From Bacillota bacterium (GTDB lineage Bacteria; Bacillota; Bacilli; Bacillales_A; Planococcaceae), in contig JBNJJS010000003.1 of assembly GCA_051750505.1 (NCBI GenBank), forward strand, positions 238,715 through 302,714: DNA of 64,000 nucleotides. Reading direction: 5' to 3'. Position numbers and translations under genes: made by a program. Numbering within the stretch: the first letter of the stretch is position 1; each line of letters opens with the position of its first letter. This document shows, piece after piece, positions 50,637 through 61,553 of the stretch. The notes beneath the pieces were generated by a model that saw only the letters and a list, made by a program, of their open reading frames with translations, did no database searches and was not told the origin of the DNA.

Positions 50637-51833
50637 TTATGCGTTAGCCTGTTGTTTCAAAGCATCCGCTTTGTCTGTGCGTTCCCACGGAAGGTCAACA
50701 TCCGTGCGGCCGAAATGGCCATAAGCCGCTGTCTGTTTGTAGATTGGGCGGCGCAGGTCGAGCATCTTGATGATGCCGGCTGGGCGCAAATCAAAGTTCG
50801 CGCGTACCAATTCGATCAATTTGTCTTCGCTGACTTTCCCTGTTCCGAACGTATCGACAGCAATCGATACCGGATGTGCCACGCCGATTGCATAGGCTAG
50901 CTGCACTTCACATTTATCGGCAAGCCCAGAAGCGACGATGTTCTTCGCCACATAGCGGGCTGCATATGCGCCGGAACGGTCGACTTTCGTCGCGTCCTTA
51001 CCGGAGAATGCTCCCCCGCCATGTCGTGCATAACCGCCGTACGTATCGACGATGATCTTACGGCCTGTAAGCCCTGCATCACCTTGAGGTCCTCCGATGA
51101 CGAAGCGTCCTGTCGGGTTGATGAAGTATTTGGTTTCAGCGTCTAGCAGTTCAGCCGGCACGACTTCATTGATGACGTATTCCTTCAAGTTGCGCTGGAT
51201 TTGCTCTAGGCTGACTTCTGGATGGTGCTGCGTCGAAATGACGATTGTATCGACACGCACTGGTTTATTGTTCTCATCATATTCAATCGTTACTTGCGTT
51301 TTGCCATCAGGGCGCAAATACGGCAAGATTTCTTCTTTGCGCACTTCTGCCAAGCGGCGTGCGAGTTTGTGCGCCAGGCTGATCGGCAATGGCATCAATT
51401 CTTCAGTTTCGTTTGACGCATAACCGAACATCAAGCCTTGGTCGCCTGCTCCGATTTCATCCAATTCCTTATCGGTCATCTGGCCTTCACGCGCTTCGAG
51501 TGCCACGTTGACGCCTGCAGCGATATCTGCCGACTGCTCATCGATCGCTGTCAACACTGCGCTTGTCTCGGAATCGAATCCGTATTTCGCGCGTGTATAG
51601 CCGATTTCTTTAACTGTCTGGCGGACCACTTTCGGAATGTCTACATATGTGGATGTCGTGATTTCACCTGCGACAAGAACGAGTCCTGTCGTTACGGTCG
51701 TTTCGCATGCGACACGCGCATTCGGGTCTTCTGTTAGGATCGCATCCAGGATTGCGTCTGAAATCTGGTCGCAAATCTTATCCGGATGGCCCTCTGTTAC
51801 TGATTCTGATGTGAATAATCGACGGTTTGTCAA
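50637..51833 (-). CDS. metK: S-adenosylmethionine synthetase
   Basis: [28 protein letters not shown]; TTG start after AAGGAGG. Confidence 0.98.
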   Translation of the reverse strand: MTNRRLFTSESVTEGHPDKICDQISDAILDAILTEDPNARVACETTVTTGLVLVAGEITTSTYVDIPKVVRQTVKEIGYTRAKYGFDSETSAVLTAIDEQSADIAAGVNVALEAREGQMTDKELDEIGAGDQGLMFGYASNETEELMPLPISLAHKLARRLAEVRKEEILPYLRPDGKTQVTIEYDENNKPVRVDTIVISTQHHPEVSLEQIQRNLKEYVINEVVPAELLDAETKYFINPTGRFVIGGPQGDAGLTGRKIIVDTYGGYARHGGGAFSGKDATKVDRSGAYAARYVAKNIVASGLADKCEVQLAYAIGVAHPVSIAVDTFGTGKVSEDKLIELVRANFDLRPAGIIKMLDLRRPIYKQTAAYGHFGRTDVDLPWERTDKADALKQQANA

Positions 51834-52036
51834 AAAAAGTTCCTCCTTATATCCTGCGAGATTGCTCTCGAAATTGATACGGTACTCGTTTTCCCATGTC
51901 AAGTCCGTTTCCGTTTATAGGAATTGAACTTCCAGCTTTTTCAGCCTGCACACGAGGATTAAGGGCATTCCATAAAAAAATCCCTTCACTCATCATAGTT
52001 AATGAGGAAAGGAATAATCATCATAAGCACCTTTCA

Positions 52037-52147
52037 CTCTTATCGTCCAAGGCATTCGCCTTGCTTCAGGTTGGGCACCATCGCTGCAATTGCAGCAGGT
52101 TGCCGGGTTTCATTGGGCCTGCACCCTCCACCAGCTCGGAATAAGAG
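52037..52147 (-). promoter_or_regulatory. SAM-I (S-box) riboswitch
   Basis: CTCTTAT..GAG..GGTGGAGGG..GGCCC..TGAAACCCGGCAACC...GGTGCC...GATAAGAG; terminator near 51975-52012. Confidence 0.93.
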
Positions 52148-52288
52148 TATCCGTTCAATTTCCCATCATACGGAATGCAGCAAGCGCTGTCAACGGTTTT
52201 ACCGGAAACAAATGTCAGACTTTTAAACGCATACGACTTTCTACTATAAAATATGCACAAATCATGAACATTGACAGATTTCTCGTTA

Positions 52289-52325
52289 TTAGTATAGACT
52301 AATCATGCTAATGTGTTATACTAAT
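52289..52325 (+). promoter_or_regulatory. pckA promoter with CcpN operator
   Basis: TAATGTGTTATACTAAT (52309-52325) fits the CcpN consensus DDDTGTGYYATACTRDK as I recall it and overlaps extended -10 TGnTATACT; inverted partial site AGTATAGACT at 52291-52300. Confidence 0.72.
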
Positions 52326-52384
52326 GTTCGAATATACATCTTCCCCATTCATTTGGGAATAAACGAAAAGGAAGGTACATATAT

Positions 52385-53974
52385 ATGACTTCAGTGAACT
52401 TTGCAAATGATTTGAAAGAGCTTTTGAACGGCTCAAATATCAATATGCAATTATCCGTTCCCCAATTGGTGGAAGCTGCAACATCCCGCGGAGAGGCTGT
52501 CCTTACTCGCGAAGGCGCAGTAAAAGCGGAAACGGGGAAATACACAGGCCGTTCGCCTAAAGACAAGTATATGGTAGAAGAGGCAATTTCGAAAGACAAA
52601 ATTGACTGGGGCAATGTCAACCGCCCGATTTCCTCTGAAATCTTTGAAAACCTATATGCTAAAGTCATCAATCATTTGAAAGAAAAAGACGCTTTGTACG
52701 TCTTCAAAGGCTTTGCTGGTGCAGATCCCGAGTCCCGTCTCGCAATTCAGACGATCAACGAATATGCATGGCACAACCTTTTCGCGCATCAATTGTTCAT
52801 CCGCCCAACTGCGGAAGAACTGAAGACGCATGAAGCTGAATTCACTGTCGTTTACGCCCCGACTTTCCACGCAGACCCTGCGGTGGACGGAACGGATTCC
52901 GAAACCTTCATCATCGTTTCGATGGAAAAGAAAATCATCTTGATCGGCGGTACGGAATACGCAGGCGAAATGAAGAAATCCATCTTCTCGATCATGAACT
53001 ACATCCTTCCTGAAAAAGGCATCCTGCCGATGCACTGCTCAGCGAATGTCGGCAAAAATGATGACGTCGCCTTGTTCTTCGGACTTTCCGGCACAGGGAA
53101 AACGACTTTGTCGGCTGACGAAGACCGCAAATTGATCGGTGACGATGAGCACGGCTGGTCCGATAACGGCGTCTTCAACATCGAAGGCGGCTGCTATGCG
53201 AAAACGATTAACTTGTCACGTGCTAACGAACCGCAAATCTTCGATGCCATCCGTTTCGGCTCTGTCCTCGAGAACGTAGTCGTCGACGAAGATACCCGTA
53301 TCCCGGATTACGATGATGGATCTTTGACAGAAAACACGCGTGCAGCGTACCCGATCGATGCAATCGATAATATCGTCGTCCCTTCTGTTGCGGGACACCC
53401 GAAAACAATCGTCTTCCTGACTGCAGATGCTTTCGGCGTATTGCCTCCAATCAGCAAATTGACGAAAGAACAAGCGATGTACCACTTCCTTAGCGGCTAT
53501 ACATCGAAACTAGCCGGCACTGAGCGCGGCGTTACGTCACCTGAAGCGACCTTCTCGACTTGCTTCGGCTCACCGTTCCTTCCGCTTCACGCTACCGTCT
53601 ATGCAGAAATGCTCGGAGACAAAATCGATGAACACGGTGCGGACGTCTACCTCGTCAACACAGGATGGACTGGCGGAGTTTACGGCGTCGGAAGCCGCAT
53701 GAAACTGTCCTACACACGGACAATGGTGCGCGCAGCGATCCGCGGTGAACTTCAAGGTACCGAAATGGAGCACGAATCAGTCTTCGGTTTGAATATGCCG
53801 AAAGAAATCCCTGGTGTACCGACTGAAGTATTGAACCCGCGCAATGCATGGGCTGACAAAGAAGCTTATGACCAAAAAGCACAGGAATTGGCGAAGAAAT
53901 TCAAAGACAACTTTGAGAAGTTCGGCACTGTGGATGCTGGCATCAGCCAAAAAGGCGGCCCTACCCATAATTAA
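52385..53974 (+). CDS. pckA: Phosphoenolpyruvate carboxykinase (ATP)
   Basis: [31 protein letters not shown]. Confidence 0.99.
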   Translation: MTSVNFANDLKELLNGSNINMQLSVPQLVEAATSRGEAVLTREGAVKAETGKYTGRSPKDKYMVEEAISKDKIDWGNVNRPISSEIFENLYAKVINHLKEKDALYVFKGFAGADPESRLAIQTINEYAWHNLFAHQLFIRPTAEELKTHEAEFTVVYAPTFHADPAVDGTDSETFIIVSMEKKIILIGGTEYAGEMKKSIFSIMNYILPEKGILPMHCSANVGKNDDVALFFGLSGTGKTTLSADEDRKLIGDDEHGWSDNGVFNIEGGCYAKTINLSRANEPQIFDAIRFGSVLENVVVDEDTRIPDYDDGSLTENTRAAYPIDAIDNIVVPSVAGHPKTIVFLTADAFGVLPPISKLTKEQAMYHFLSGYTSKLAGTERGVTSPEATFSTCFGSPFLPLHATVYAEMLGDKIDEHGADVYLVNTGWTGGVYGVGSRMKLSYTRTMVRAAIRGELQGTEMEHESVFGLNMPKEIPGVPTEVLNPRNAWADKEAYDQKAQELAKKFKDNFEKFGTVDAGISQKGGPTHN

Positions 53975-53983
53975 TCCAACTAT

Positions 53984-54028
53984 AAAAGGGCGAAGAGAAA
54001 TGAATCATTTCTCTTCGCCCTTTTTTTG
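53984..54028. terminator. Bidirectional terminator between pckA and ytmA
   Basis: AAAAGGGCGAAGAGAAATGA/TCATTTCTCTTCGCCCTTTT. Confidence 0.85.
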
Positions 54029-54055
54029 TGGATTTTTTGGCGTTAATCGCCGCGG

Positions 54056-54880
54056 TTAAGTTTCTGCTTTGTTATGGCGAGCCTCAGCTATGCCTTCTAT
54101 TCGCTTTTCCTGCTCTTTCATCCATACCGTCAGCGCTTTCGCAGTTTTGCGGTTAGCTGCGGGAGGGAAGAAATGAGTGTATTCCGGAAAATACCAGGTT
54201 TCACAAGGCTGATGATTAAGCTGCAAGGCCTCTTCAAGCAGGAAGGCTTGTTGCGCCGACACATTATCATCCTTCAACCCGTGGATAATCAGGTAAGCGG
54301 CATCGCTTTCCCCGATGCGCATCAATGGATTGCGCTCTTCAAATGCCGGAAGCGCCGTATTCGGTGTGCCGCCGTAAAGCCGCTTCATCATGCGGCGCAT
54401 ATCCAACCGTTCTTTATATGTCAGCACCGTATCGGTGACACCCGCCCATGTAACGACAGAACAAATATCGCTTCTTAGTACAGCTGTCCACAGCGCCATG
54501 ATGCCACCTCTTGAAAATGCCAGCAAGTGAACAGGCCCATCGCTGAACTTTTTCAGAACATCCACTGCATTCACCGCATCAAAGCGGTCAGCTCCGGCAA
54601 ACTCATCTTTACCTTCCCCGCCCCGATTGCCGCGGTAATAAGGAGCGAAGACAGTGAATCCCATTCCGGCAAATTGCGCAATCCGTGCCGGCCGCACCAT
54701 TCCGATGGACTGTATGCCTCCCCGCAGATACAAAATCCCACTGCCAGTATTTGAGGTTTTCGGCTGTGCCAGCAAGCCTTTAATACGCAAGCCTTCAGAC
54801 CAATACGTCACTTCCCGCAGACGTACATTCGGATTCGGCGATGGATACCATCTCATCGATTCAATGTCACCATTTTTCAA
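54056..54880 (-). CDS. ytmA: S9-family peptidase / alpha-beta hydrolase YtmA
   Basis: YLRGG, AFSRGG nucleophile elbow, IHGLKDDNV, YTHFF. Confidence 0.85.
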   Translation of the reverse strand: MKNGDIESMRWYPSPNPNVRLREVTYWSEGLRIKGLLAQPKTSNTGSGILYLRGGIQSIGMVRPARIAQFAGMGFTVFAPYYRGNRGGEGKDEFAGADRFDAVNAVDVLKKFSDGPVHLLAFSRGGIMALWTAVLRSDICSVVTWAGVTDTVLTYKERLDMRRMMKRLYGGTPNTALPAFEERNPLMRIGESDAAYLIIHGLKDDNVSAQQAFLLEEALQLNHQPCETWYFPEYTHFFPPAANRKTAKALTVWMKEQEKRIEGIAEARHNKAET

Positions 54881-55319
54881 AAGTCTTCACCTTCTCTATA
54901 ATCGCTTCCATGCCCAGGTCCCGCATCAGGAAGCTGTAATTTTCATCGATCAGGAGCTTCGGAACCAATACCGGCCCCTCTGTCTCCATCCATTCAATTT
55001 CGTCCATATCTTCGATTTTTGCCGTAAATACCGTTTTACTGAAAGGTTTATCTGTATAGACCGTATATTCCGCCAGCCATTCGAGCTCTTTCACGATGGC
55101 ACCGGTTTCCTCGTAAACTTCACGCTTCGCCGCTGCTTCCAGAGATTCCCCCGATTCGGCCTTGCCTCCGGGAAATTCGAGCCCTCGAACGGAATGCTTC
55201 GTCAATAGCCAGTTTCCGCTAAACTTTCCTATAACCAGCACATGCCGGCTTTCGATCTGTGAATGTCCTTTTTCAAAAAATAAACGGCAAGTGCAGCCGT
55301 TCAAGTCTTTATATTCCAT
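54867..55319 (-). CDS. ytkD: Nudix hydrolase YtkD (RNA pyrophosphohydrolase / MutT-like)
   Basis: FPGGKAESGESLEAAAKREVYEETG Nudix box. Confidence 0.9.
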   Translation of the reverse strand: MEYKDLNGCTCRLFFEKGHSQIESRHVLVIGKFSGNWLLTKHSVRGLEFPGGKAESGESLEAAAKREVYEETGAIVKELEWLAEYTVYTDKPFSKTVFTAKIEDMDEIEWMETEGPVLVPKLLIDENYSFLMRDLGMEAIIEKVKTFEKW

Positions 55320-55386
55320 CGAAAATCCTCCCGGCTTCAGAAAAGGCGTACAACCGGCAAACGGTCGTACGCCCATTTCTTCTATT

Positions 55387-55833
55387 CTACTTCTTTTCGC
55401 CGAGAAATGCAGACAGCATCCATGAATGCTTCTCTAAATTTTGATGGATGGCATTCAACATATCCTCTGTCATGTCATCTCCGTCTTCAGCGGCAAGTTC
55501 CATGCCTTTTTTCAGTGATTTCATGATTTTATCGTAGTCGGAAACGACCGTATCGACCATCTGCTCTGCGCTCTCGCTGCTTGTCGCTTCATCCACGACC
55601 GACAGGTTCAACTGCTCTTTCATCGTAGCAACCGGCTTGCCGCCAAGTGCGAGCAGCCGTTCAGCGATTTCATCCATATGGAGCGTCGCCTCATTGTACA
55701 ATTCCTCGAACTTCACATGTAATGTAAAGAAAGATGGGCCTTTGACATACCAATGGAAATTATGTAGCTTCGTATAGATTACTGACCATGAAGCAACTTG
55801 AACGTTCAATTCTTCGTTTAATGCTGTTGACAC
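55387..55833 (-). CDS. dps: Dps family ferritin-like protein
   Basis: [33 protein letters not shown]. Confidence 0.96.
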   Translation of the reverse strand: MSTALNEELNVQVASWSVIYTKLHNFHWYVKGPSFFTLHVKFEELYNEATLHMDEIAERLLALGGKPVATMKEQLNLSVVDEATSSESAEQMVDTVVSDYDKIMKSLKKGMELAAEDGDDMTEDMLNAIHQNLEKHSWMLSAFLGEKK

Positions 55834-55878
55834 AATTCATCACTCTCCATTTGTTTGATAAGCTTTTCTACTTTCTAA

Positions 55879-55904
55879 ATACCTCAGAAAGCCATACAAT
55901 AAAC
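55879..55904 (-). promoter_or_regulatory. SigB-like promoter of dps
   Basis: GTTTAT-N14-AGGTAT; dps is SigB-dependent in B. subtilis. Confidence 0.6.
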
Positions 55905-55941
55905 ATCAATGAACCTTAACCAAACAGAAAGAAGTGGAACT

Positions 55942-56175
55942 ATGATGAAAACTGCCTTAGTGAAATTGTTCCGTTTTTACCAACGCTTCATCTCTCCGCT
56001 GTCGCCGCCGAGCTGCAGATTTTATCCAACTTGCTCACATTACGGCATCGAAGCAGTCGAAAAGCATGGCGCTTTGAAAGGGGGATATCTCGCAGTCCGC
56101 CGCATATTGAGCTGCCATCCGTTCCATAAAGGCGGAGTGGATTTTGTCCCGGAAAAATGGCCCCCTAAAAAATAG
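55942..56175 (+). CDS. yidD: Membrane protein insertion efficiency factor YidD (YtjA)
   Basis: [19 protein letters not shown]...[12 protein letters not shown]. Confidence 0.95.
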   Translation: MMKTALVKLFRFYQRFISPLSPPSCRFYPTCSHYGIEAVEKHGALKGGYLAVRRILSCHPFHKGGVDFVPEKWPPKK

Positions 56176-56228
56176 GGGCTTTTTTCTTGTAATGGACGCC
56201 ATTCTATTGTAAGATTCAAAGAGTCAAT

Positions 56229-56249
56229 AAAACGTAATCGTTACATTTT
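56229..56249 (+). promoter_or_regulatory. Zur box
   Basis: AAAACGTAATCGTTACATTTT versus AAATCGTAAT-N-ATTACGATTT (16/20), about 30 nt upstream of a Zn-binding protein gene. Confidence 0.72.
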
Positions 56250-56280
56250 ATAGAGGCATATTTAAATTTGGAGGGACATC

Positions 56281-57297
56281 ATGAAACGAATTGGTTGGCT
56301 ACTAACAATTGCACTAGTATTATTTTTGGCCGCATGCGGCAATACTGAAGAACCTGAAACGGAAAATAACACAGCTGAAGAACCTGCTGAAGAAAAAGTG
56401 AATGTTTACGCGACAGTTTATCCACTTGTCTATTTTGCAGAGCGCATCGGCGGCGATCGTGTCGATGTACAATCGGTTTATCCGGCAGGAGCGAACGAGC
56501 ATACATTCGAACCGACACAAAAAGATATGATCAATATGGCTGACGCCGATTTATTATTTTATGTAGGTTTAGGACTTGAAGGTTTTATCGACAATGCACG
56601 GCAGACTTTACAAAACGAAAACCTCGAATTTATCGCAACTGCTGACAGCATTACCGATGAACAATTGGAAGCAGCCGCACAAGCTGGTGTGCTCGAGGAA
56701 GACGAACATGGACATGAAGAGGATGAGCATGGACACGAAGAGGAAGAAGCCGGTCATGAGGGCCATGATCATGGTTCCACTGACCCACACGTGTGGATCT
56801 CCCCTGTCTTAAGTCAAGAACTCGCCTCTTCCATCCGCGATACGTTGGTAGAAGAAGACCCTGAAGGCGCCGAAGAGTTCGAGCAGAATTATGAAGAACT
56901 CGTTGCTGAACTCGAAGCGCTCGATGAATCATTCCAAAACTTGAACACGAAAGTAGAACGCGACACATTCTTCGTGTCCCATGCAGCATTCGGCTATCTT
57001 GCCGCACCTTACGGATTTGAACAAGTGGCCGTCGCAGGCTTGAACAGCCAAGACGAACCGTCCCAGAAAGAATTGACGGAAATCGTCGACATGGCGCGTG
57101 AAAAAGACATTCAATACATCGTCTTCGAACAAAACGTTTCGTCGAATTTGACGGAAGTCATCCAAAACGAAGTTGGCGCTGAAGCGATTGAAATGCATAA
57201 CCTCGGAGTGCTGACACAAGAGAATATCGACAACAACGAAACTTACTTCACCTTGATGGAAAAAAATCTTCAAGCACTGGAAACGGTCTTGAAATAG
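56281..57297 (+). CDS. znuA: Zinc ABC transporter substrate-binding lipoprotein (ZnuA/AdcA family)
   Basis: Lipobox LAAC, HTFEPT, His/Glu-rich loop, DPHVWISP, SHAAFGY. Confidence 0.9.
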   Translation: MKRIGWLLTIALVLFLAACGNTEEPETENNTAEEPAEEKVNVYATVYPLVYFAERIGGDRVDVQSVYPAGANEHTFEPTQKDMINMADADLLFYVGLGLEGFIDNARQTLQNENLEFIATADSITDEQLEAAAQAGVLEEDEHGHEEDEHGHEEEEAGHEGHDHGSTDPHVWISPVLSQELASSIRDTLVEEDPEGAEEFEQNYEELVAELEALDESFQNLNTKVERDTFFVSHAAFGYLAAPYGFEQVAVAGLNSQDEPSQKELTEIVDMAREKDIQYIVFEQNVSSNLTEVIQNEVGAEAIEMHNLGVLTQENIDNNETYFTLMEKNLQALETVLK

Positions 57298-57331
57298 CAA
57301 AAACTCGCCGAATTAATGTTCGGCGAGTTTT

Positions 57332-58393
57332 TTATATCTTCAGCCCATACCCGATTCCCGGGCTTTCACTTAGCTTAATTTCCCCGCGCTCCACACGGAT
57401 TTTTGGAGAGATGATGTCCGTCTTCCAAAAATGCCCCGAATCCGAAAAATCACCCGTCAATTTCACCTCCGGCAATGAAGCAAGCGCCAGATTATGCGCT
57501 TTGGACACACCGAACTCAATCATGCCCCCAACCCACATCCCGATCTGTTCATTTCTGCAGAACTCGACGACCTTCAAGGTTTCTGCCCAACCACCGAGAC
57601 GCCCCATCTTCAAGACGATGATATCCCCCGCCTGCTGTTCCGCCATGCGTTTTACATCTTCGAGGCTATGGATGCTTTCATCCAGGCAAATCGGGGTTGT
57701 CATTTGTGAACTTGCAATCCGGTGAGCCTCCCACTCCTGTTCCCCATAGGGTTGTTCGATCAATACAAAACCGGCTTGGTCAAATGGCAGCAACTCCTCC
57801 ACTGCGCGTCCCGAAAAACTGCCATTGGCGTCAGCATAGAAGGAGATTGCTGGATTGGACGCAACAAGCTTTTTCAACAAAGCAGCATCCGAAGCAGGCG
57901 AAATCTTCAATTTGATGCGCCGATAACCACTGTCGATCGCCATTTTGACATTCCGCGACAAATCATCCCTTTTTCCTGCGACGACCACGCCAGCAGGAAT
58001 CGGGGCATAGACTCCCCCAACAAATTCATAAAGCGGCACGCCTTGTCGCTTAGCGAATAAATCCCATACAGCCATCTCCACAGCCGCTTTTGCCATATGA
58101 TTGCCTTTTACTGCTGAAAATAAGCGCGCCGTCTCAGCCGGATGCTCCAAACGCTCATTCAGCAATAGCGGGGCCAGCACCTGCTCCATCACAAAGCGGC
58201 TGCCCGTCACGGTTTCTTCAGTATACCAAGGCGTATCGAAAGCGACACATTCACCGTAGCCCTCTCGCCCTTCAGCGTCCCGGACAATCACCACTGTCAC
58301 TTCCCGCTTCTCGACTTTCTGCAATACGGTGATGAAGGGCTGGTTCAAAGGCTGTTTCACCTTATGGAATTCAATGCCGGCAATTACAGCCAT
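57332..58393 (-). CDS. menC: o-succinylbenzoate synthase
   Basis: KLKI, DANG, IEQP, LDES, GGMIE enolase-family motifs. Confidence 0.93.
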   Translation of the reverse strand: MAVIAGIEFHKVKQPLNQPFITVLQKVEKREVTVVIVRDAEGREGYGECVAFDTPWYTEETVTGSRFVMEQVLAPLLLNERLEHPAETARLFSAVKGNHMAKAAVEMAVWDLFAKRQGVPLYEFVGGVYAPIPAGVVVAGKRDDLSRNVKMAIDSGYRRIKLKISPASDAALLKKLVASNPAISFYADANGSFSGRAVEELLPFDQAGFVLIEQPYGEQEWEAHRIASSQMTTPICLDESIHSLEDVKRMAEQQAGDIIVLKMGRLGGWAETLKVVEFCRNEQIGMWVGGMIEFGVSKAHNLALASLPEVKLTGDFSDSGHFWKTDIISPKIRVERGEIKLSESPGIGYGLKI

Positions 58394-59814
58394 GTCTTCA
58401 ATTCCCTTCTGAGCAGTTTATTCGACGCGTTCCGCGGCAGCTCATCCACCACACGGAACAGTTTCGGCACTTTATAGCCTGCCAGCTGTTCCCGGCAAAA
58501 TGCTGACAGCTCATCTACGGCTTCCGGGTCATCGAGCACGACAAACGCCGCTGGCACTTCTCCCCATGTGCTGTCTGCCATCGCGCAAACCCCGGCTTCC
58601 CGGACTGAAGGATGTGCCATCAAAATCTTCTCGATTTCTGCCGGATAAACGTTCTCCCCGCCAGAAACGAGCAAATCCGAGCGCCTGTCGACGACGAATA
58701 AAAATCCTTCTGCGTCCAAGTAACCGATATCACCCGTTGCGAGCCAGCCGTCTTTTTGCACGTCCCGGTCTTTGAACTTGCCGATATAGCCAGGGGTCAC
58801 TTGAGGGCCCTTGATGAGAATCTCTCCCGCTTCCCCTGTCTCCACGCCGTCAATTTTTACCTGATATAAAAATAGCGGCTTGCCGGCAGAACCGATTTTC
58901 GTTTTCGCATCAGCCGGCTGCAAAGTCGTCGTCTGAGAGGACGTTTCCGTCATGCCGTATGTCTGCAACACTTGAATGCCATGCGCTTCCGCCCGCTGCA
59001 AATAAGACACCGGAACCGGGCCACCGCCTGCCAGGATTTGTTTGAAGCGAGGAGAAACGCGCAGTTCGCGTTGCTCGATTTCCCGCAGTACCTGGTCAAG
59101 TGTGACGGCGACCATCGAACTGTGCGTCACTTGCCCTTTGCATAATTCATCCGCGCACACCGAAGCGTCAAATTTCTCGTAAAGCCGGACACCCATTCCA
59201 TAGACAAGTGAACGCATCAAAATCGAGAATCCACTGATATGGAATAAAGGCACCGTGCACAGCCAGACATCATCAGGAGACACGCCCAAATTCAGCGCAG
59301 AAGACACTGCGCTCGAAAAATGGTTTTCAGCTGTCTGCCTGACCCCTTTCGGATTGCCCGTCGTACCCGAAGTATACATGATCGACACAGTCCGGTCTTT
59401 CGCCCATTCTTCCTTTAATTCAAAGTCCGCGGATGGCGCCTGTCGCAATTGTTCAAAAGAAACCGGTTGCGCTGCCGCCACCTTCTCGTAGAGTTCACTA
59501 TCTACAAACACCTGGTCCACCTTTGCATCTTCAATTTGATAAGCAAGTTCCGCTCCCGCCAGCCGTTCATTAAGCATGACCATTTCACAGCCGATATGCA
59601 GGCAGCCGTACATGACAAAAACAGCTTCGGCATTCGACTTAGCCAGCAATGCCACACGCGAATGCTCCGTAATGCCAAAATGCGCCAGCTTTCCGGCATA
59701 ATCGAGCGCGACTTTGTTCACTTGTGTAAATGTCCATTCATCCTCGCCGAATGATAAGGCCAATTGATTTCCCGTCAGGTAAGCGCGCTGCGACAGCCAA
59801 TTCGGATAAGTCAT
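58384..59814 (-). CDS. menE: o-succinylbenzoate--CoA ligase
   Basis: YTSGTTGNPKG, YGMTET, TGDIG, SGGENVYP, PRNASNK. Confidence 0.95.
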   Translation of the reverse strand: MTYPNWLSQRAYLTGNQLALSFGEDEWTFTQVNKVALDYAGKLAHFGITEHSRVALLAKSNAEAVFVMYGCLHIGCEMVMLNERLAGAELAYQIEDAKVDQVFVDSELYEKVAAAQPVSFEQLRQAPSADFELKEEWAKDRTVSIMYTSGTTGNPKGVRQTAENHFSSAVSSALNLGVSPDDVWLCTVPLFHISGFSILMRSLVYGMGVRLYEKFDASVCADELCKGQVTHSSMVAVTLDQVLREIEQRELRVSPRFKQILAGGGPVPVSYLQRAEAHGIQVLQTYGMTETSSQTTTLQPADAKTKIGSAGKPLFLYQVKIDGVETGEAGEILIKGPQVTPGYIGKFKDRDVQKDGWLATGDIGYLDAEGFLFVVDRRSDLLVSGGENVYPAEIEKILMAHPSVREAGVCAMADSTWGEVPAAFVVLDDPEAVDELSAFCREQLAGYKVPKLFRVVDELPRNASNKLLRRELKTWL

Positions 59815-59908
59815 TTTCAAAATCCTTTCTTCAAGCAAGTTCATTTACTAGCAATTGATTGAAAAAAAGCTGCCTCCGAAGAAGACAGCTCTTTTCAAAC
59901 TCATATAA

Positions 59909-60730
59909 TCAAGGGAAACGCGGGAATTGGCCGAAGTCCGGTTTGCGTTTTTCCTTGAACGCATCGCGGCCTTCTTTCGCTTCATCCGTTGTGTAATAAA
60001 GCAAAGTCGCGTCGCCAGCCATTTGCTGAAGACCAGCAAGGCCGTCCGTATCCGCATTCATTGCCGCTTTCACGAAACGCAGTGCAGTCGGGCTCATTTC
60101 AAGCATTTCCTGGCACCATTGAACTGTTTCGTCTTCCAATTGCTCATAAGGCACGACCGTGTTGACAAGGCCCATATCGAGCGCTTCCTGTGCATCGTAT
60201 TGACGGCACAAGTACCAGATTTCGCGGGCTTTCTTATGTCCGATGATGCGTGCCAAATAGCCTGAGCCATAGCCTGCATCAAATGAACCGACACGCGGTC
60301 CAGTTTGGCCGAAGCGTGCGTTGTCCGCAGCAATCGTCAAATCACAGACAACGTGAAGCACGTGTCCACCGCCGATTGCGAATCCAGCAACCATCGCTAC
60401 AACCGGTTTCGGAATGACACGGATCAAGCGCTGCAAGTCCAGGACGTTAAGGCGTGGAATTTCATCTTCCCCGACATAGCCGCCGTGTCCGCGGACGGAT
60501 TGGTCTCCACCTGAACAGAATGCTTTTTCGCCTTCGCCTGTCAAGACGATAACGCCAACATCCGAATTGTCGCGCGCACGTGAAAACGCATCGATCAATT
60601 CATGAACCGTTTTCGGGCGGAACGCATTGCGCACTTCCGGACGGTTAATGGTGATTTTCGCAATCCCATTATATGTTTCATACTTAATGTCTTCATATGT
60701 AAATTCTGTAACCCATTGACGTGTTGACAT
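59909..60730 (-). CDS. menB: 1,4-dihydroxy-2-naphthoyl-CoA synthase
   Basis: [24 protein letters not shown]. Confidence 0.98.
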   Translation of the reverse strand: MSTRQWVTEFTYEDIKYETYNGIAKITINRPEVRNAFRPKTVHELIDAFSRARDNSDVGVIVLTGEGEKAFCSGGDQSVRGHGGYVGEDEIPRLNVLDLQRLIRVIPKPVVAMVAGFAIGGGHVLHVVCDLTIAADNARFGQTGPRVGSFDAGYGSGYLARIIGHKKAREIWYLCRQYDAQEALDMGLVNTVVPYEQLEDETVQWCQEMLEMSPTALRFVKAAMNADTDGLAGLQQMAGDATLLYYTTDEAKEGRDAFKEKRKPDFGQFPRFP

Positions 60731-60731
60731 A

Positions 60732-61553
60732 CTAGTCCTCCTCATTGATTCCATTTAGTAGTTCCTTTACTATTGTAGCAAATTCAGCCGGTTTTTCCAC
60801 ATGAATCGCATGCCCCGCTGAAATGATGCGGTGTTCCGCGTTCGGCAATAACTCCTGCATCTCACGCGCGATGGCGCAAAACTTCGGATCCAGTTCTCCG
60901 GTCACCAGCAAAACCGGCATCTTCAATTCCGGCAAACAGTCCCAATAAGATCGCTGTGAACCTGTGCCCATGCCTTTCAAGCTATTCGCCAAACCTTGTG
61001 TAGATTGTGCCAGCCGTTCTTGTCTTATTTGCTGCCGCACAGATTCCGGCAAGGATTTCTGGCTGTCGAACAACGGGATATTCTCCCACTTCTCAACGAA
61101 TTGCTCTATGCCTTGTTCAAGAATTCCAGAGGCTAACTCGGCATCCCGCTCTCGCCGTTCTGTTCTCGCAGCTTTCAGTTTCAATCCGGGTGAAGCACTT
61201 TCCAACACAAGCCGGTCGATACGGTCCGGAAATTCACACGCATACGCAAGTGCCGTGCGCCCGCCCATTGAATAGCCAAGCAAAGTGAATTTCGTTAACT
61301 TCAATTCTGTGAAAATATAGTCCAAGTCAGCCATTTGCCGCTTCATAGCATAACAGCTTTCATCTGCCGGGCTGTCCGTTTGCCCATGCCCTATCAAGTC
61401 AATCGCCACAACCCGGTAGTCTCGCCAGTTTTCAATGACCGTTTTCCATGTAGCGGTGCTGCCCGTAAAGCCATGGAGCAAGACCAGGACAGGGCGGGTT
61501 TCATCTCCCGCCACCTCAATATGATAGCGAACTCCATTTGCCATCAATTCCAT
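60732..61553 (-). CDS. menH: SHCHC synthase
   Basis: [28 protein letters not shown]. Confidence 0.93.
   Translation of the reverse strand: MELMANGVRYHIEVAGDETRPVLVLLHGFTGSTATWKTVIENWRDYRVVAIDLIGHGQTDSPADESCYAMKRQMADLDYIFTELKLTKFTLLGYSMGGRTALAYACEFPDRIDRLVLESASPGLKLKAARTERRERDAELASGILEQGIEQFVEKWENIPLFDSQKSLPESVRQQIRQERLAQSTQGLANSLKGMGTGSQRSYWDCLPELKMPVLLVTGELDPKFCAIAREMQELLPNAEHRIISAGHAIHVEKPAEFATIVKELLNGINEED

Noticed and set aside
51834-51902. 22-codon N-terminal extension of metK
   Set aside because: A strong AAGGAGG RBS precedes TTG at 51833, and MetK homologues begin near RRLFTSES.
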